A stretch of 64,000 nucleotides of DNA from Candidatus Eiseniibacteriota bacterium (GCA_963717935.1 CAVQXP010000004.1:1024001-1088000); one strand, 5' to 3'; shown: positions 27,485 through 38,158, counted from the stretch's first letter. The notes: generated by a model not told the origin, from the sequence alone. Made by a program: numbers and translations.

Positions 27485-29068
27485 TTGAGATGGTCCCTGC
27501 CCGTCCTGCTCCTCCTGGCGCTGCTCCGGCCGGGTTCGGCGCTGGCGGCCGCGCCGAACCCGGCCGCGCCGCTGGAGCTCTCCCTCTACTACTGCCTGGA
27601 TCTGCGGAAGGATGGCGAGGTCCGCGAGCTCGAGCGGGTCTGGCAGCGCGCGGCGGCCGCCGGCTACACCAGGGTGATGCTGGCCGACGTCCACTTCGCC
27701 CGCCCGAGCGCCATGGACGGACATTACCGGGCGAACGCCGCGCGCGTGCGGAGTCTGGCGGCCCGGCTCGGCCTGGCGATCGTGCCCGGCGTGTTCCAGG
27801 TGGGCCGCTCGAACGTCATGCTGGGGTGCGATCCGAACCTCGCCGAGGGCGTGCCGGTCCGGCGCGCCCGCTTCGTGGTGCGCGGTGGTGAAGCGCGGCT
27901 GGTCGCCGACCCGCCGGTATCGCTGGGTGGCCGGCCGGAATGGGCGGACCCCGCCGTGCAGCTGGCCGGCGCGGTGGCCGTCACCAGCGACAACGCCGGA
28001 CGCGCCCGCTTCCGCCTGCGGGTGCGCGTCGCACCGTTCCGCTGCTATCACGTCTCGGTGAAGGTGCGCAGCCGCGGCTTCTCGGGCGCGGCGCGGATCA
28101 ACGTGCTGGGCGGCCGGCGGGCGCTGAATTTCATGCGGTCGCTCGACATCCTGCCCACGCAGGACTGGCGGAGCTACGACGTCGTCTTCAACTCCCTCGA
28201 CCATCGCGGGCTCGAGATCTACATGGGCCTGTGGCAGGCGGCGCGAGGCCGGCTCGAGTGGACCGACTGGCGGATCGAGGAGGTCGGTCTGCTCAACGTG
28301 CTGCGCCGTGCCGGCGCGCCGTGCGTGGTCGAGGGCCGCGTGGAGGGCCGCGACTACGAGCCCATCCACGACCCGGGACTCGAGCGGGCGCGCGGCACCG
28401 GCGCCTACTCCGAATGGCACGAGCCGCCGCGGATCCGCACGGGGCTCCCCGACGGCACGGAGTTGCGGGTGTCGTGGTACCACCCGGTCTTCTTCTTCGG
28501 GGGGAAGACGACCTGCTGTCCTTCGGACCCGGGGACCTTCGCCCTGCTGCGCGAAGAGGCCGCACGGCTGCGGGAGCTCTGGGGCGCCTCCGGTCACCTG
28601 TTCATGCACAACGAGATCCGCTGCCTCGGCTGGGACGCCTCGTGCGCGGCGCAGGGGAGGACCGCCGGCGGAGTGCTCGCGGCGCACCTGCGGCGCTGCC
28701 GCTCGCTGGTCACCGGGACCCAGGTCTACGCCTGGAGCGACATGTTCGATCCGTTCCACAACGCCCACGCCGGCTACTACCTGGTGCACGGCGATCTGGC
28801 ACGCTCCTGGGAAGGGCTCGGCCGCGACGTCATCATCCTCAACTGGAACTCCGAGTACCGTGCCGAGTCGCTGCGTCTCTTCTCGCGGCGGGGCCACCGC
28901 CAGATTATCGCCGGCTACTACGACGGCGATCCCGCCGGGATCCGGGACGCGCTGGCCGCCGCGCGCGGCGTGCCGGGGGTCATCGGTGTGATGTACACGA
29001 CCTGGCAGGGGCGCTACGACGACCTCGAGAGGTTCGCGCAGCTCGTGAGAGGGGCCAGGCGGGACTAG
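27485..29068 (+). CDS. Secreted carbohydrate-active-like protein (TIM-barrel hydrolase-like with CBM-like insert)
   Basis: AAGGAG RBS, TTG start, signal peptide; DPNLAEGVPV, FMHNEIR, AWSDMFDPFHNA, GVMYTTW. Extended -10 TGaTAGAAT at 27358-27366. Confidence 0.7.
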   Translation: MRWSLPVLLLLALLRPGSALAAAPNPAAPLELSLYYCLDLRKDGEVRELERVWQRAAAAGYTRVMLADVHFARPSAMDGHYRANAARVRSLAARLGLAIVPGVFQVGRSNVMLGCDPNLAEGVPVRRARFVVRGGEARLVADPPVSLGGRPEWADPAVQLAGAVAVTSDNAGRARFRLRVRVAPFRCYHVSVKVRSRGFSGAARINVLGGRRALNFMRSLDILPTQDWRSYDVVFNSLDHRGLEIYMGLWQAARGRLEWTDWRIEEVGLLNVLRRAGAPCVVEGRVEGRDYEPIHDPGLERARGTGAYSEWHEPPRIRTGLPDGTELRVSWYHPVFFFGGKTTCCPSDPGTFALLREEAARLRELWGASGHLFMHNEIRCLGWDASCAAQGRTAGGVLAAHLRRCRSLVTGTQVYAWSDMFDPFHNAHAGYYLVHGDLARSWEGLGRDVIILNWNSEYRAESLRLFSRRGHRQIIAGYYDGDPAGIRDALAAARGVPGVIGVMYTTWQGRYDDLERFAQLVRGARRD

Positions 29069-29102
29069 CCCGGACCCCGCGATCCGGGACGGTGCGGCAG
29101 GC

Positions 29103-29131
29103 TTGGAATGCCGCCGGCCATCGCATATGAT
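29103..29131 (+). promoter_or_regulatory. sigma70-type promoter
   Basis: TTGGAA-17 nt-TATGAT, about 190 nt upstream of ATG 29326. Confidence 0.5.
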
Positions 29132-29325
29132 GCAGTTCGCCTTGCAACAAGCCCGGACGCGGGGAGGAGAACCTGCGACTGGGCTGGCGCGGTGTCCGGG
29201 ACGGCCTGCTGGGAGCCGCGTTGCGCGAAGCGCCCGGGGACCCCGCTCCGGCATGGAGAGTGCATAGTCCTGTGGTCCTTTCCTTCCGTCCCACCGCCAC
29301 CGGCCGCGAGGTGATAGGAGAATCC

Positions 29326-31245
29326 ATGCGCATCACGCTCTTCATCCCGTGGAGGAAGTTCCAGCGCCGGGTAGCCACGGTCCTGGGATCGGCCGGTGTG
29401 GCCCTGCTCGTCGCCGGCACGCCCGCGTGGGCCGCCACGTACTACGTGGCCCCGGGCGGCAATGACTCCAGCCTGGGCACCTCCCTGGCCACGGCCTGGC
29501 GGACGCTGGCCAAGGCCAACAGTTCGCTCCTGCCCGGCGACGTCGTCCTCATCCAGCCCGGCACCTACAGCGACGGCATCGTGCCGGCGCGCGACGGCGG
29601 CGCGACCAGCCGCATCTCCTATGTCGGTTCGCTGGCCTCGCCCGGCGTGGTCGTGGTCGCCCTGATCGACCTCACCGGGAGGTCCTACATCTCGGTCAAG
29701 GGCGTCACCTCGGCCGGGAACGCGACCCTCAACGCCACCATCGGGGAAGTCGCGGCGCAACGCGACAGCCTGCTGTACGTCTCGGTCTCGGGTTCCCTGA
29801 GCATGTGCGGGGCGTGGTACTGCCACATCGGCCGCTCCACCATCGGAACGGGGGACCCGACCGACAAGTTCCGCATCGACCTCCAGGGCGGTACTCCCGA
29901 GACCACTCCGAATGCCGCCATCACCAAGGGCTGCTCGGTCGTGGACAACGCCTTCAACCTCGGGGGCATCACCGGTGGCGCGATGATCTCGCTCGCCCAC
30001 ATGCGGGAGTGCATCTTCAGCCGCAACACCTTCGAACTCAGGGCTCCCGTCGGCAATGCGGACACCCACTTCTTCATGAACTACCGCGTCAAGAACTGCA
30101 GCTTCATGGACAACCGGTTCACCTGCCTGAACCTCGGTTCGGGAACGCTCTACGGGATGTACCTCCGCGACTCGAGCAGGTACAACGTCTTCGTGAGGGA
30201 TACGGTCGTCCTGCACCCGTCCAGCACGAGGGGGATTGCAGTGCAGGTCGCCGCCGCCGGAGCCTTCAACGACTGGCGCACGGCTGGAGACGGGCTCGGG
30301 AGCTGCGCCTACAACGAGTGGCACGACTGCTATTTCAAGGTGGACGAGAACATCCACGCCACGGCCAAGATCCACGGCTGCAAGTTCTTCGGCAACACCT
30401 TGATCACGAAGAATACGACGGATTTCTGGGCCGACAGCCTCACGATGCGGCATAACACCTTCCTCACCACGAATGACTGGCGGGCCGCCGAGTTCGATGC
30501 CAGGAACACCAACTCCACCATCAGGTCCAACATCTTCTATGCGACCGGCCCGAGCTCGTACGGGGTGATGCAGCTGGCGAGCACGTCATCGGAACGCAGC
30601 GACAGCAATCTGGTCTACGCTCCCGGTGCCGATCCCAACCGGGCGGTCTACAATCGGACGAATTCGGTCAGTTGCAGGGTCGGTCCCGGCTGCTCGTGGT
30701 GCGACCTCTATGGCAAGGACTGCCGCTCCCAGTGGGGCGATCCGCAGTTCACGAGCGTCTCCTGGGCCAGTCCCGACGTCACGCCGCGCACCGGCTCGAT
30801 CGCCCTCTCGGCAGACCTCTGGCCCGACGGCTACGTGGGTGCGATCCGCCCCGGCGCTTCCATCGGGGACCTCACCCCGCCCACCGCGATCGGGGATCTC
30901 GCGTTGGCCCTGATCTCGGACCACACCATCGTGCTGCGCTGGACGGCGACCGGCGACGACTGGACGACGGGGCAGGCGAGCACGTACGACCTGCGCTGGT
31001 CGAACCAGCCCATCACGGCGTTGAACTTCGACGCGGCGACGCCGGTCGGGATCCAGCCGGTCCCCGCCGTCGCGGGCACCCCGCAGAGCTACGTGCTGAC
31101 CGACCTGACCCTGTCGACCGACTACTACTTCGCCCTGCGGGTCGTGGACGAGAGCGGCAACTGGTCCGAACTGAGCAACGTGCTCGCGGCGACCACGAAG
31201 GCGACCGACACCGTCCCGCCGGCACCCATCACCTTTGAGCCCTAG
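29326..31245 (+). CDS. Secreted right-handed beta-helix (pectin lyase-like) protein with C-terminal FN3 domain
   Basis: Signal peptide, ATYYVAPGGNDSSLGT...AWRTL...PGDVVLIQPGTY, Asn-ladder repeats, FN3 (LRWTATGDD...YYFALRVVDESGNWSELSN). Confidence 0.85.
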   Translation: MRITLFIPWRKFQRRVATVLGSAGVALLVAGTPAWAATYYVAPGGNDSSLGTSLATAWRTLAKANSSLLPGDVVLIQPGTYSDGIVPARDGGATSRISYVGSLASPGVVVVALIDLTGRSYISVKGVTSAGNATLNATIGEVAAQRDSLLYVSVSGSLSMCGAWYCHIGRSTIGTGDPTDKFRIDLQGGTPETTPNAAITKGCSVVDNAFNLGGITGGAMISLAHMRECIFSRNTFELRAPVGNADTHFFMNYRVKNCSFMDNRFTCLNLGSGTLYGMYLRDSSRYNVFVRDTVVLHPSSTRGIAVQVAAAGAFNDWRTAGDGLGSCAYNEWHDCYFKVDENIHATAKIHGCKFFGNTLITKNTTDFWADSLTMRHNTFLTTNDWRAAEFDARNTNSTIRSNIFYATGPSSYGVMQLASTSSERSDSNLVYAPGADPNRAVYNRTNSVSCRVGPGCSWCDLYGKDCRSQWGDPQFTSVSWASPDVTPRTGSIALSADLWPDGYVGAIRPGASIGDLTPPTAIGDLALALISDHTIVLRWTATGDDWTTGQASTYDLRWSNQPITALNFDAATPVGIQPVPAVAGTPQSYVLTDLTLSTDYYFALRVVDESGNWSELSNVLAATTKATDTVPPAPITFEP

Positions 31246-31388
31246 CCTGGACCGTTCATGACGCGCTGCTGCGGACGCGATCTGACCGTGGTCCTCCCGC
31301 ATCCTCGCGACGCAGGTCACGAAGGGTCCATGCTGGCCCGGGATCCGGGCTGCCCGTGCGAACGCCGGGCCCTGCGGAGCGCACGACC

Positions 31389-33017
31389 ATGATGATGGCG
31401 GGGGAGGGCGACGGGCCCGGCGGACCCGCCCGGGACCGCGCTGGCGTGGGACGTGCCGGCGGTCTCGCCTGGCTGGTGCTGGGCCTGCTCCTGATCGTCC
31501 CCATCTGGTGGGGCACGGCCGCGACCTTCCCGTGGGAGAGCGACAACATCGCGCCGGGCTCGGTGCTCAGGGGGATGGCGGTGCATTTCGGCCCGGGCTG
31601 GTACTCGACCTACGGGCCCCTGCCGTACTACCTGACGGCCGCCGCGTACGCTCCGCTCCTGGCGGTGCTCAAGCTCACCGGCGAGTTGGGACGGCCGAGC
31701 AGCGTCTATCCGTTCGGCTTCGCGCATCCGGATGCCGCGATCGCGGCCCTGGTCATCCTGGCCCGGCTCGTCACGCTCCTGTTCGGGCTCGGTACCGTCT
31801 GGCTCGCGGCGCGCCGCGTGGTGCAGGAGGAGGGATCCGCGGCCGCCTGGCTGGTGCCGGTGTTCTTCCTGGGCTCGATCCAGTTCGCGTTCTACACGCG
31901 CGCCTCCAACGTGGACGTGCATGCCCTGTTCTGGCTCTGGCTCGCGGTCGAGCTGGTCGAGCGCGCCGCCTCATCGCGGCAACTGGCCTTCGGGGCGGCG
32001 GCCGCGGCGCTGGCGGTGTGCTGCAAGGAGCAGGCAGGGCCGATGAGCGCGGTGCTGGTGGCGGCGGCCGCGTGGAAGGCCCTGCGCGGACCGTCGGGAC
32101 CGCTGGCGGGGCGCGCGGTCCGGGCGCTCGGCGTGGTGCTGGCCGCCGGCCTGGCCTACGCGCTGGTCTGGCAGCTCCCCTGGAACCTCGGTGGCTGGCA
32201 GGCGCACCACCGGTTCCTGTTCGAGTCGGCGCTGGGGGCGCGCGGCTTCCCGGCCACGCCCGCCGGTTTCGCCGCGCTGGCCTGGCAGTGCGTCCTGTAC
32301 CTGCCGCTGGCCTTCGGCTGGCCGGTGCTCGTGGGACTGGCGCTGGCGCTGGTCCTGCGAACGAGCTGGCGCGGACTCGGCCTGCGGACGTTGTGCTCGG
32401 CGGTCTTCCTGGTGGCCTTCATCGGACGGGTCGGTTACGTCTTCCCGCGCTTCCTGCTCCCGGTCCTGGTGCTGGCGGTCCCGCTGGCGGCCCGCGGTGT
32501 CATGGCGGCACTGCGGGCGCTCCGCGGGCGGCGTGGCCTGGCACGGGGGCTGGCTGCGGGGGTCGCGGTCGCCAGCATCACGGGCGCGCCGCTGCTCACC
32601 GGCCTGATGCTCGCCGACCCGCGCCTGCCAGCCGAACGCTGGCTCGAGCAGAACGTCCCGCCCGGAGCCACGGTCGAGGTCGCGGGCAACGGGCACATCA
32701 ACCTTCGCGTGCCGCACCGCTATCGCCTGGAGCGGGTCACCGCGAGGACGCTGCTGGCTGCGCCGCGGGGGCCGATCGGCGACTTCGTCGTCATCGGCAC
32801 CATCGACACGATGCTGCTGCGGCGCTTCCCGCAGGTCCGGGCCCTGTGGTGGGACGCCGTGCACGAAGCCCCTCCGGCGGGCCGCTACCGGCGCGTCGCC
32901 TACTTCCGCCGTCCGGCGCTCGCCGAGTTGACGCAGCCGATGTGGATCTGCCCCGGGGCCATGATCTACCAGCGCGTCCCCGGGCCCCCGCCGGGCGGGG
33001 AGGGCCCCCGGCCATGA
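31389..33017 (+). CDS. GT-C-type membrane glycosyltransferase
   Basis: WESD in the first loop, YGPLPYY, NVDV, CKEQ, PRFLLP, multi-TM; start approximate. Confidence 0.75.
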   Translation: MMMAGEGDGPGGPARDRAGVGRAGGLAWLVLGLLLIVPIWWGTAATFPWESDNIAPGSVLRGMAVHFGPGWYSTYGPLPYYLTAAAYAPLLAVLKLTGELGRPSSVYPFGFAHPDAAIAALVILARLVTLLFGLGTVWLAARRVVQEEGSAAAWLVPVFFLGSIQFAFYTRASNVDVHALFWLWLAVELVERAASSRQLAFGAAAAALAVCCKEQAGPMSAVLVAAAAWKALRGPSGPLAGRAVRALGVVLAAGLAYALVWQLPWNLGGWQAHHRFLFESALGARGFPATPAGFAALAWQCVLYLPLAFGWPVLVGLALALVLRTSWRGLGLRTLCSAVFLVAFIGRVGYVFPRFLLPVLVLAVPLAARGVMAALRALRGRRGLARGLAAGVAVASITGAPLLTGLMLADPRLPAERWLEQNVPPGATVEVAGNGHINLRVPHRYRLERVTARTLLAAPRGPIGDFVVIGTIDTMLLRRFPQVRALWWDAVHEAPPAGRYRRVAYFRRPALAELTQPMWICPGAMIYQRVPGPPPGGEGPRP

Positions 33018-34303
33018 CCCCCGTCGCCGGCGACCCGGGCGCCGCGCCGCGCGAACGGCCGCGCTCTCCCGACGGCAGACTCCTGCTGATCGCGGCCGGC
33101 GTGGCGCTCCTGCTCCTGCGCCTGGCGGCGCTGGTGGGCTCGGTATCGGACCGCGTGCCGCTGACGGGCGACGAGCCGATCTACGACGCCGTGGCCCACA
33201 ACCTCCTCGGTGGCCTCGGCTATACCTACTGTGGCCAGCCGTGGCTCTTCAAGCCCCCGGGCTGGCCGGTCACGCTGGCGGGCATCTACGCCGTGTTCGG
33301 CGAGGGGCGCCGGATCGTCACCCTCTTCCAGGGGCTCTTCGACACGGGCACGATCGTGCTCGCGGCCTGGGTGGCGTGGCGCATCTTCCGCAGCCGGGCG
33401 GTCGCGGTGACGGCCTTCCTGCTCGTGGCCTTCTGGCCTCCGTTCTTCCGCGAGAGCCGCTTCGAACAGACCGAGCCGCTCCACATGCTCACGCTGACGG
33501 TCATGCTGGCCGCCTTCGTGCGCTTCGTGCAGCGCCCGACGTCCCGCGCGGCGTTCCTCATGGGGGTCTGCGCCGGGCTCGCCTCGCTGGTGCGCCCGAC
33601 CGGGCTCGTGCCCGCGTTCGCCCTGACGGCGAGCTGGCTGCTCCTCGACCGCTCGAGCGCCCGGCCACACGCCCGCAAGCTCCTGGCGGCGGCGCTGGGC
33701 CTCGTCCTCGTGCTCGCGCCCTGGACCCTCCGCAACGCCGTCGTCTTCCACGCCTTCGTCCCGCTCTCGACCGGCGCGGGGGAGCAGTTCTACACGGGCA
33801 GCGTCCCCGAGACGGATGGCCTGTGGATACCCGGCCGCCTGGGGCAACTGCGTGCCGCGGTGCTGGAGCGGGAGGAGCAGCGGCTGGGCCGCCCGCCTGG
33901 CGTGCTGGAGACCGACCGGGCGCTGCTCCGCGCGGGCCTCGAGAACTGGCGGCGCGCGCCCGTCCGCAGCCTGACCATCAGCCTGAAGCGCTTCTGGCGG
34001 CTCTGCTTCGTCACGTTCGAGCACTCCGATCGGGTCTGGCTGCGGTGGGGCTTCCTCGCCGCGCTCGTCGTGCTCTACGCGCTGGCCCTGCCGGCCGGGA
34101 TCGCGGGGACGCGCAAGCGTGGGCGGGGCTGGCCGCTCGCGGGGGTGCTGCTCATCGTCGTGCTGCTGAGCGCGGCGGCCAGCACGGTGCTGTACACGAA
34201 CTCGCGCTACTTCGAGCCGGTGCGCCCGCTGCTGCTGATCCTGGCGGCGGATCCGCTGGCCCGGCTCCTCGCGCGCCGCCCGGGGGCGCGGCTCGCCGGC
34301 TGA
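33014..34303 (+). CDS. GT-C (ArnT-like) membrane glycosyltransferase
   Basis: GDEPIYDAVAHNL, KPPGWP, QTEPL, LVRP, PWTLRN, SRYFEP; ATGA overlap. Confidence 0.85.
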   Translation: MTPVAGDPGAAPRERPRSPDGRLLLIAAGVALLLLRLAALVGSVSDRVPLTGDEPIYDAVAHNLLGGLGYTYCGQPWLFKPPGWPVTLAGIYAVFGEGRRIVTLFQGLFDTGTIVLAAWVAWRIFRSRAVAVTAFLLVAFWPPFFRESRFEQTEPLHMLTLTVMLAAFVRFVQRPTSRAAFLMGVCAGLASLVRPTGLVPAFALTASWLLLDRSSARPHARKLLAAALGLVLVLAPWTLRNAVVFHAFVPLSTGAGEQFYTGSVPETDGLWIPGRLGQLRAAVLEREEQRLGRPPGVLETDRALLRAGLENWRRAPVRSLTISLKRFWRLCFVTFEHSDRVWLRWGFLAALVVLYALALPAGIAGTRKRGRGWPLAGVLLIVVLLSAAASTVLYTNSRYFEPVRPLLLILAADPLARLLARRPGARLAG

Positions 34304-34402
34304 GCCGTCCCGTCCGCGCTCGCGGCATGACGGAGCGGGAGCCGCATGCTATCCTGCCGGGCCCTTGTGACCCGCATGCGGCCGCCGCGAGAGGAGCCGG
34401 GC

Positions 34403-34795
34403 ATGGTGTCCCGTCCGCCAGAACGCAGGTTCTTCGTGCTCTTCATGGGCTTCTGGCTGCCCGTGCTGGCCTACGTCACCATCATCTTCGCGCTCAGCAC
34501 GCAGCAGAACCTGCAGCCGCCGGTCAACTTCCTGAACGTGGACAAGGTCCTGCACGCGGGCGAGTATCTGGTGCTCGGGCTCCTGCTGGTGCGGGCCATG
34601 CGCGCGTCCCTGCGGGTGCGCCGGCCACTCTTCGCGGCCATGATCGCGATCGGCATCGTGGTGACGGTGGGCGCGGCGGACGAGTTCCTCCAGTCCTTCA
34701 TCCCGGGGCGGCAGAGCGACGTCCTCGACCTGCTGGCCGATGTGCTGGGCGGGGCGATCGCCCAGTTCGTCTACGTGACGTTCGTGAGGAGTTGA
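34403..34795 (+). CDS. VanZ family protein
   Basis: DKVLHAGEY, DEFLQSFIPGR, DLLADVLG; extended -10 TGcTATCCT at 34347-34355. Confidence 0.9.
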   Translation: MVSRPPERRFFVLFMGFWLPVLAYVTIIFALSTQQNLQPPVNFLNVDKVLHAGEYLVLGLLLVRAMRASLRVRRPLFAAMIAIGIVVTVGAADEFLQSFIPGRQSDVLDLLADVLGGAIAQFVYVTFVRS

Positions 34796-34798
34796 CCC

Positions 34799-36115
34799 AT
34801 GGTGCCCAGATTCCAGGCTCCGCGTGGCACCCGCGACTTGCTGCCCGAGGAACTCGGCCGCTGGCAGTGGGCGGAGGCGCAGGCGCGCGGCGTGCTCGAG
34901 CGCTACGGCTACGGCGAGATCCGCACGCCGCTGTTCGAGGACTTCGAGCTCTTCGCCCGCAGCTCGGGCGAGTCGAGCGACGTCGTGCAGAAGGAGATGT
35001 ACCGCTTCAAGGACCTCGGGGACCGTGACCTGGCGCTCCGGCCCGAGTTCACCGCGGGCGTGATGCGCGCCTTCCTCGAGCGCGGTCTCGGCGGGCGCAC
35101 GCGCATCCACCGGCTGTGGAGCATGGGCCCGGTGTTCCGCTACGGGCGGCCGCAGAAGGGCCGCTACCGTCAGTTCTCGCAGGTCAACTGCGAGCTGGTG
35201 GGTTCGCCCGCGCCCGGCGCGGACGTGGAGATGATCACTCTCTTCGTGGACCTCTACGAGGCCTGGGGCTTCCGGGACCTGACCGTGGTCCTGAACAGCG
35301 TCGGACAGCCGGCTTCGCGCCGCGCCTACGGCGACCGGTTGCGCGCGTGGCTCGCGCCGGTGCACGAGCGGCTGGGCGTCGACTCGAAGCAGCGCCTCGT
35401 CACGAACCCGCTGCGGGTGCTCGATACGAAGGACGAGGGCGAGCTGGCGCTGTTCCGCGAGCTCGGCGCCATGCCGCGCATGCTGGACGCCATCGACGAG
35501 GCCGACCGCGCCCACTGGGAGGCCGTGCTCGCCGGGCTCGAGTCGGCCGGCATCGCCTACGAGGTGGACCACGGCCTGGTCCGCGGGCTCGACTACTACA
35601 CCCGCACGGCCTTCGAGGTGCACGACCGCTCGCTGGGCGCCCAGAGCGCGCTGGGTGGCGGGGGGCGCTACGACGGGCTCATCGAGGAACTGGGTGGCCG
35701 GCCCACGCCGGGCGTGGGTTTCGCCATCGGGCTCGACCGCGCCCTGCTGGTGCTGGAGGAGCGGGGTGCTGCTGCGCCGCCCCCGCCTGCGGGCATCTAC
35801 ATCGTGGCGATGGAGGCCACGCACGGCGCGGCTCTCGCGCTGGCGCGTGAGCTGAGGCGCCGGTTCGTCGTGGACCTGGACGTGGAGGCGCGTGGCTTCG
35901 GCGCCCAGATGAAGGCGGCCGGCAAGAGTGGCGCGCGGCTGCTGGTCATCGTCGGCGAGGAGGAGTGGGGACGCGGCGAGGTGGCCGTGAAGGACCTCGC
36001 GAGCGGTGCGCAGGAGACGCTCGGGCGCGCGGGCCTCGCGGAGGCGCTCGGCGTGCGGCTGGCGCAGGCGCCTCCGGGCGGACCCGGCGGCGCGAGAGGG
36101 ATGGAGAAGCCATGA
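34799..36115 (+). CDS. hisS: Histidine--tRNA ligase
   Basis: PRGTRD, LALRPEFTA, GRYRQFSQ, LVRGLDYY, GGGRYDGL. Confidence 0.97.
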   Translation: MVPRFQAPRGTRDLLPEELGRWQWAEAQARGVLERYGYGEIRTPLFEDFELFARSSGESSDVVQKEMYRFKDLGDRDLALRPEFTAGVMRAFLERGLGGRTRIHRLWSMGPVFRYGRPQKGRYRQFSQVNCELVGSPAPGADVEMITLFVDLYEAWGFRDLTVVLNSVGQPASRRAYGDRLRAWLAPVHERLGVDSKQRLVTNPLRVLDTKDEGELALFRELGAMPRMLDAIDEADRAHWEAVLAGLESAGIAYEVDHGLVRGLDYYTRTAFEVHDRSLGAQSALGGGGRYDGLIEELGGRPTPGVGFAIGLDRALLVLEERGAAAPPPPAGIYIVAMEATHGAALALARELRRRFVVDLDVEARGFGAQMKAAGKSGARLLVIVGEEEWGRGEVAVKDLASGAQETLGRAGLAEALGVRLAQAPPGGPGGARGMEKP

Positions 36116-37917
36116 CGGAGCCGCAGGACATCGTGCTCGAGGACCTCGGCGGGTGGCGCCGTTCGCACACCTGCGGCGAGCTGCGCCGCTCGCATGCGGG
36201 CGCTTCCGCCACGCTCATGGGCTGGGTGCACCGCGTGCGCGACCACGGCGGCGTGCTGTTCGTGGACCTGCGCGACCGGCACGGGCTCACCCAGGTCGTC
36301 TTCCGGCCCGAGCGGGGTGGCGCGGCGCTGCTCGAGCGCGCCACGCGCCTGGGGCTCGAGTACGTGATCGCGGTGCGGGGCCTCGTCGCCGAGCGCCCGG
36401 CCGAGGCGCGCAACGCCGAGATGCCGACCGGGGACGTCGAGCTGGACGTGCGCGAGCTGAAGATGCTGGCCGCGGCCGACCCGCTGCCGGTGCTGCCGAG
36501 CAGCGACGTCTGCCTGGCGAACGAGGACCTGCGCCTCAAGTACCGCTACCTCGACCTGCGCCGGCCCGAGTTGTCGTGCGTGCTGGCCCTGCGCCACCGG
36601 GCGGCGCAGGCCGCGCGGGCGCACCTCTCGGGCGAGGGCTTCCTCGAGGTCGAGACCCCGCTGCTGGTCAAGCAGACGCCCGAGGGCGCGCGCGACTACG
36701 TGGTGCCCAGCCGCGTGCACCCCGGCAAGTTCTACGCCCTGCCGCAGTCGCCGCAGCTCTACAAGCAGACGCTGATGATCGCGGGGTTGGACCGCTACTT
36801 CCAGCTCGCGCGCTGCCTGCGCGACGAGGACCTGCGGGCGGACCGCCAGCCCGAGCACACCCAGATCGACCTCGAGATGTCCTTCGTGGACGAGGAACAG
36901 GTGTTCGAGGCGGTCGAAGGACTGTTCGTCGCGCTGTGGAAGGACGTGCTCGGCATCGAGGTCCCGCGGCCGTTCCTGCGGCTGACCTTCCGCGAGGCCA
37001 TGGGCCGCTACGGGAGCGACAAGCCCGACCTGCGCTTCGGCCTCGAGTTCCACGACGTGACCGCGATCCTGGCGCGCTCGCCGCGCAACGTGGTCGCCGG
37101 CCCGGCGAAGGCCGAGGGCGGCACCGGCGTGGCGCTGACGATCCCGGGCGGCGCCGGGATCTCGGGCAGCCAGCTGCGCAAGTACGAGGAGACCGTGAAG
37201 GCGGCAGGTGCGGCGGGCCTGGGGTTCCTGAAGGTCCTGCCCGCCGAGCGCGCGAAGGCCGAGGCGGTCTTCCCGGGCACGTTGCTCGACGAGTTGTTCG
37301 CGGCCGCGGGGGCGAAGGAGGGCGACGCGGTCCTCTACACCTCGGGCCCGTGGGAGCCCACGCTCAAGGCGCTGGGCGTGCTGCGCACCCAGCTCGGCCA
37401 GCCGCTCGTCAAGGGGAAGGAGCGCGAGTGGCGCTTCCTCTGGGTCCGCGACTTTCCGCTCTTCGAGTGGGACGCGCAGGCGGACCGCTGGGCGCCGCGC
37501 CACCACATGTTCACCATGCCCAGGCCCGAGCACCTGGCGTTCCTCGAGAGCGACCCGGGCAACGTCTACGCCCTGCTCTACGACCTGGTCCTGAACGGGA
37601 CCGAGCTGGGCTCGGGCTCGATGCGCATCCACCGGCCCGACATCCAGGAGCGCGTCATGAAGGTGGTGGGGCTCTCCCGCGAGCAGGCGCACGCCAAGTT
37701 CGGCTTCCTGCTCGAGGCCTACCGCTACGCCGCACCGCCGCACGGTGGCATCGGGCTGGGCTTCGACCGCATCGTCATGCTCATGGCCGGTCGCGACAAC
37801 ATCCGCGACACCATCGCCTTCCCCAAGACCACCACCGCCGCGAGCCTGATGGACGGCTGCCCGAGCGAGGTGGATCCCGAGATCTGGAAGGAGCTGCACC
37901 TCAGGCCGGAGGAATAG
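36112..37917 (+). CDS. aspS: Aspartate--tRNA ligase
   Basis: RSHTCGELR, RDHGG, YALPQSPQLYKQ, RDEDLRADRQPE, PPHGGIGLGFDR. Confidence 0.97.
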   Translation: MTEPQDIVLEDLGGWRRSHTCGELRRSHAGASATLMGWVHRVRDHGGVLFVDLRDRHGLTQVVFRPERGGAALLERATRLGLEYVIAVRGLVAERPAEARNAEMPTGDVELDVRELKMLAAADPLPVLPSSDVCLANEDLRLKYRYLDLRRPELSCVLALRHRAAQAARAHLSGEGFLEVETPLLVKQTPEGARDYVVPSRVHPGKFYALPQSPQLYKQTLMIAGLDRYFQLARCLRDEDLRADRQPEHTQIDLEMSFVDEEQVFEAVEGLFVALWKDVLGIEVPRPFLRLTFREAMGRYGSDKPDLRFGLEFHDVTAILARSPRNVVAGPAKAEGGTGVALTIPGGAGISGSQLRKYEETVKAAGAAGLGFLKVLPAERAKAEAVFPGTLLDELFAAAGAKEGDAVLYTSGPWEPTLKALGVLRTQLGQPLVKGKEREWRFLWVRDFPLFEWDAQADRWAPRHHMFTMPRPEHLAFLESDPGNVYALLYDLVLNGTELGSGSMRIHRPDIQERVMKVVGLSREQAHAKFGFLLEAYRYAAPPHGGIGLGFDRIVMLMAGRDNIRDTIAFPKTTTAASLMDGCPSEVDPEIWKELHLRPEE

Positions 37918-37966
37918 CGGCGGGGCGCGGAGCCAGCGGCCTGCGCCATCGCGGAGACAGGAGGAG

Positions 37967-38158
37967 ATGATGAAGCCGAACGTCGGCAGTCTGGACAAGA
38001 CCGCGCGCATCGTGGTGGGACTGGTCCTGCTGAGCCTGGTCTTCGTGGGCCCCCGCACGCCGTGGGGGTGGATCGGGCTTCTCCCGCTCATCACCGGGTT
38101 CGTCGGTGTCTGTCCGCTCTACGTCCCGTTCCGCATCGACACGCGGAAGCCGCGCTGA
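37967..38158 (+). CDS. DUF2892 (YgaP-like) small membrane protein
   Basis: NVGSLDKTARIVVG...IGLLPLITGFVGVCPLY; GGAGGAG RBS. Confidence 0.9.
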   Translation: MMKPNVGSLDKTARIVVGLVLLSLVFVGPRTPWGWIGLLPLITGFVGVCPLYVPFRIDTRKPR

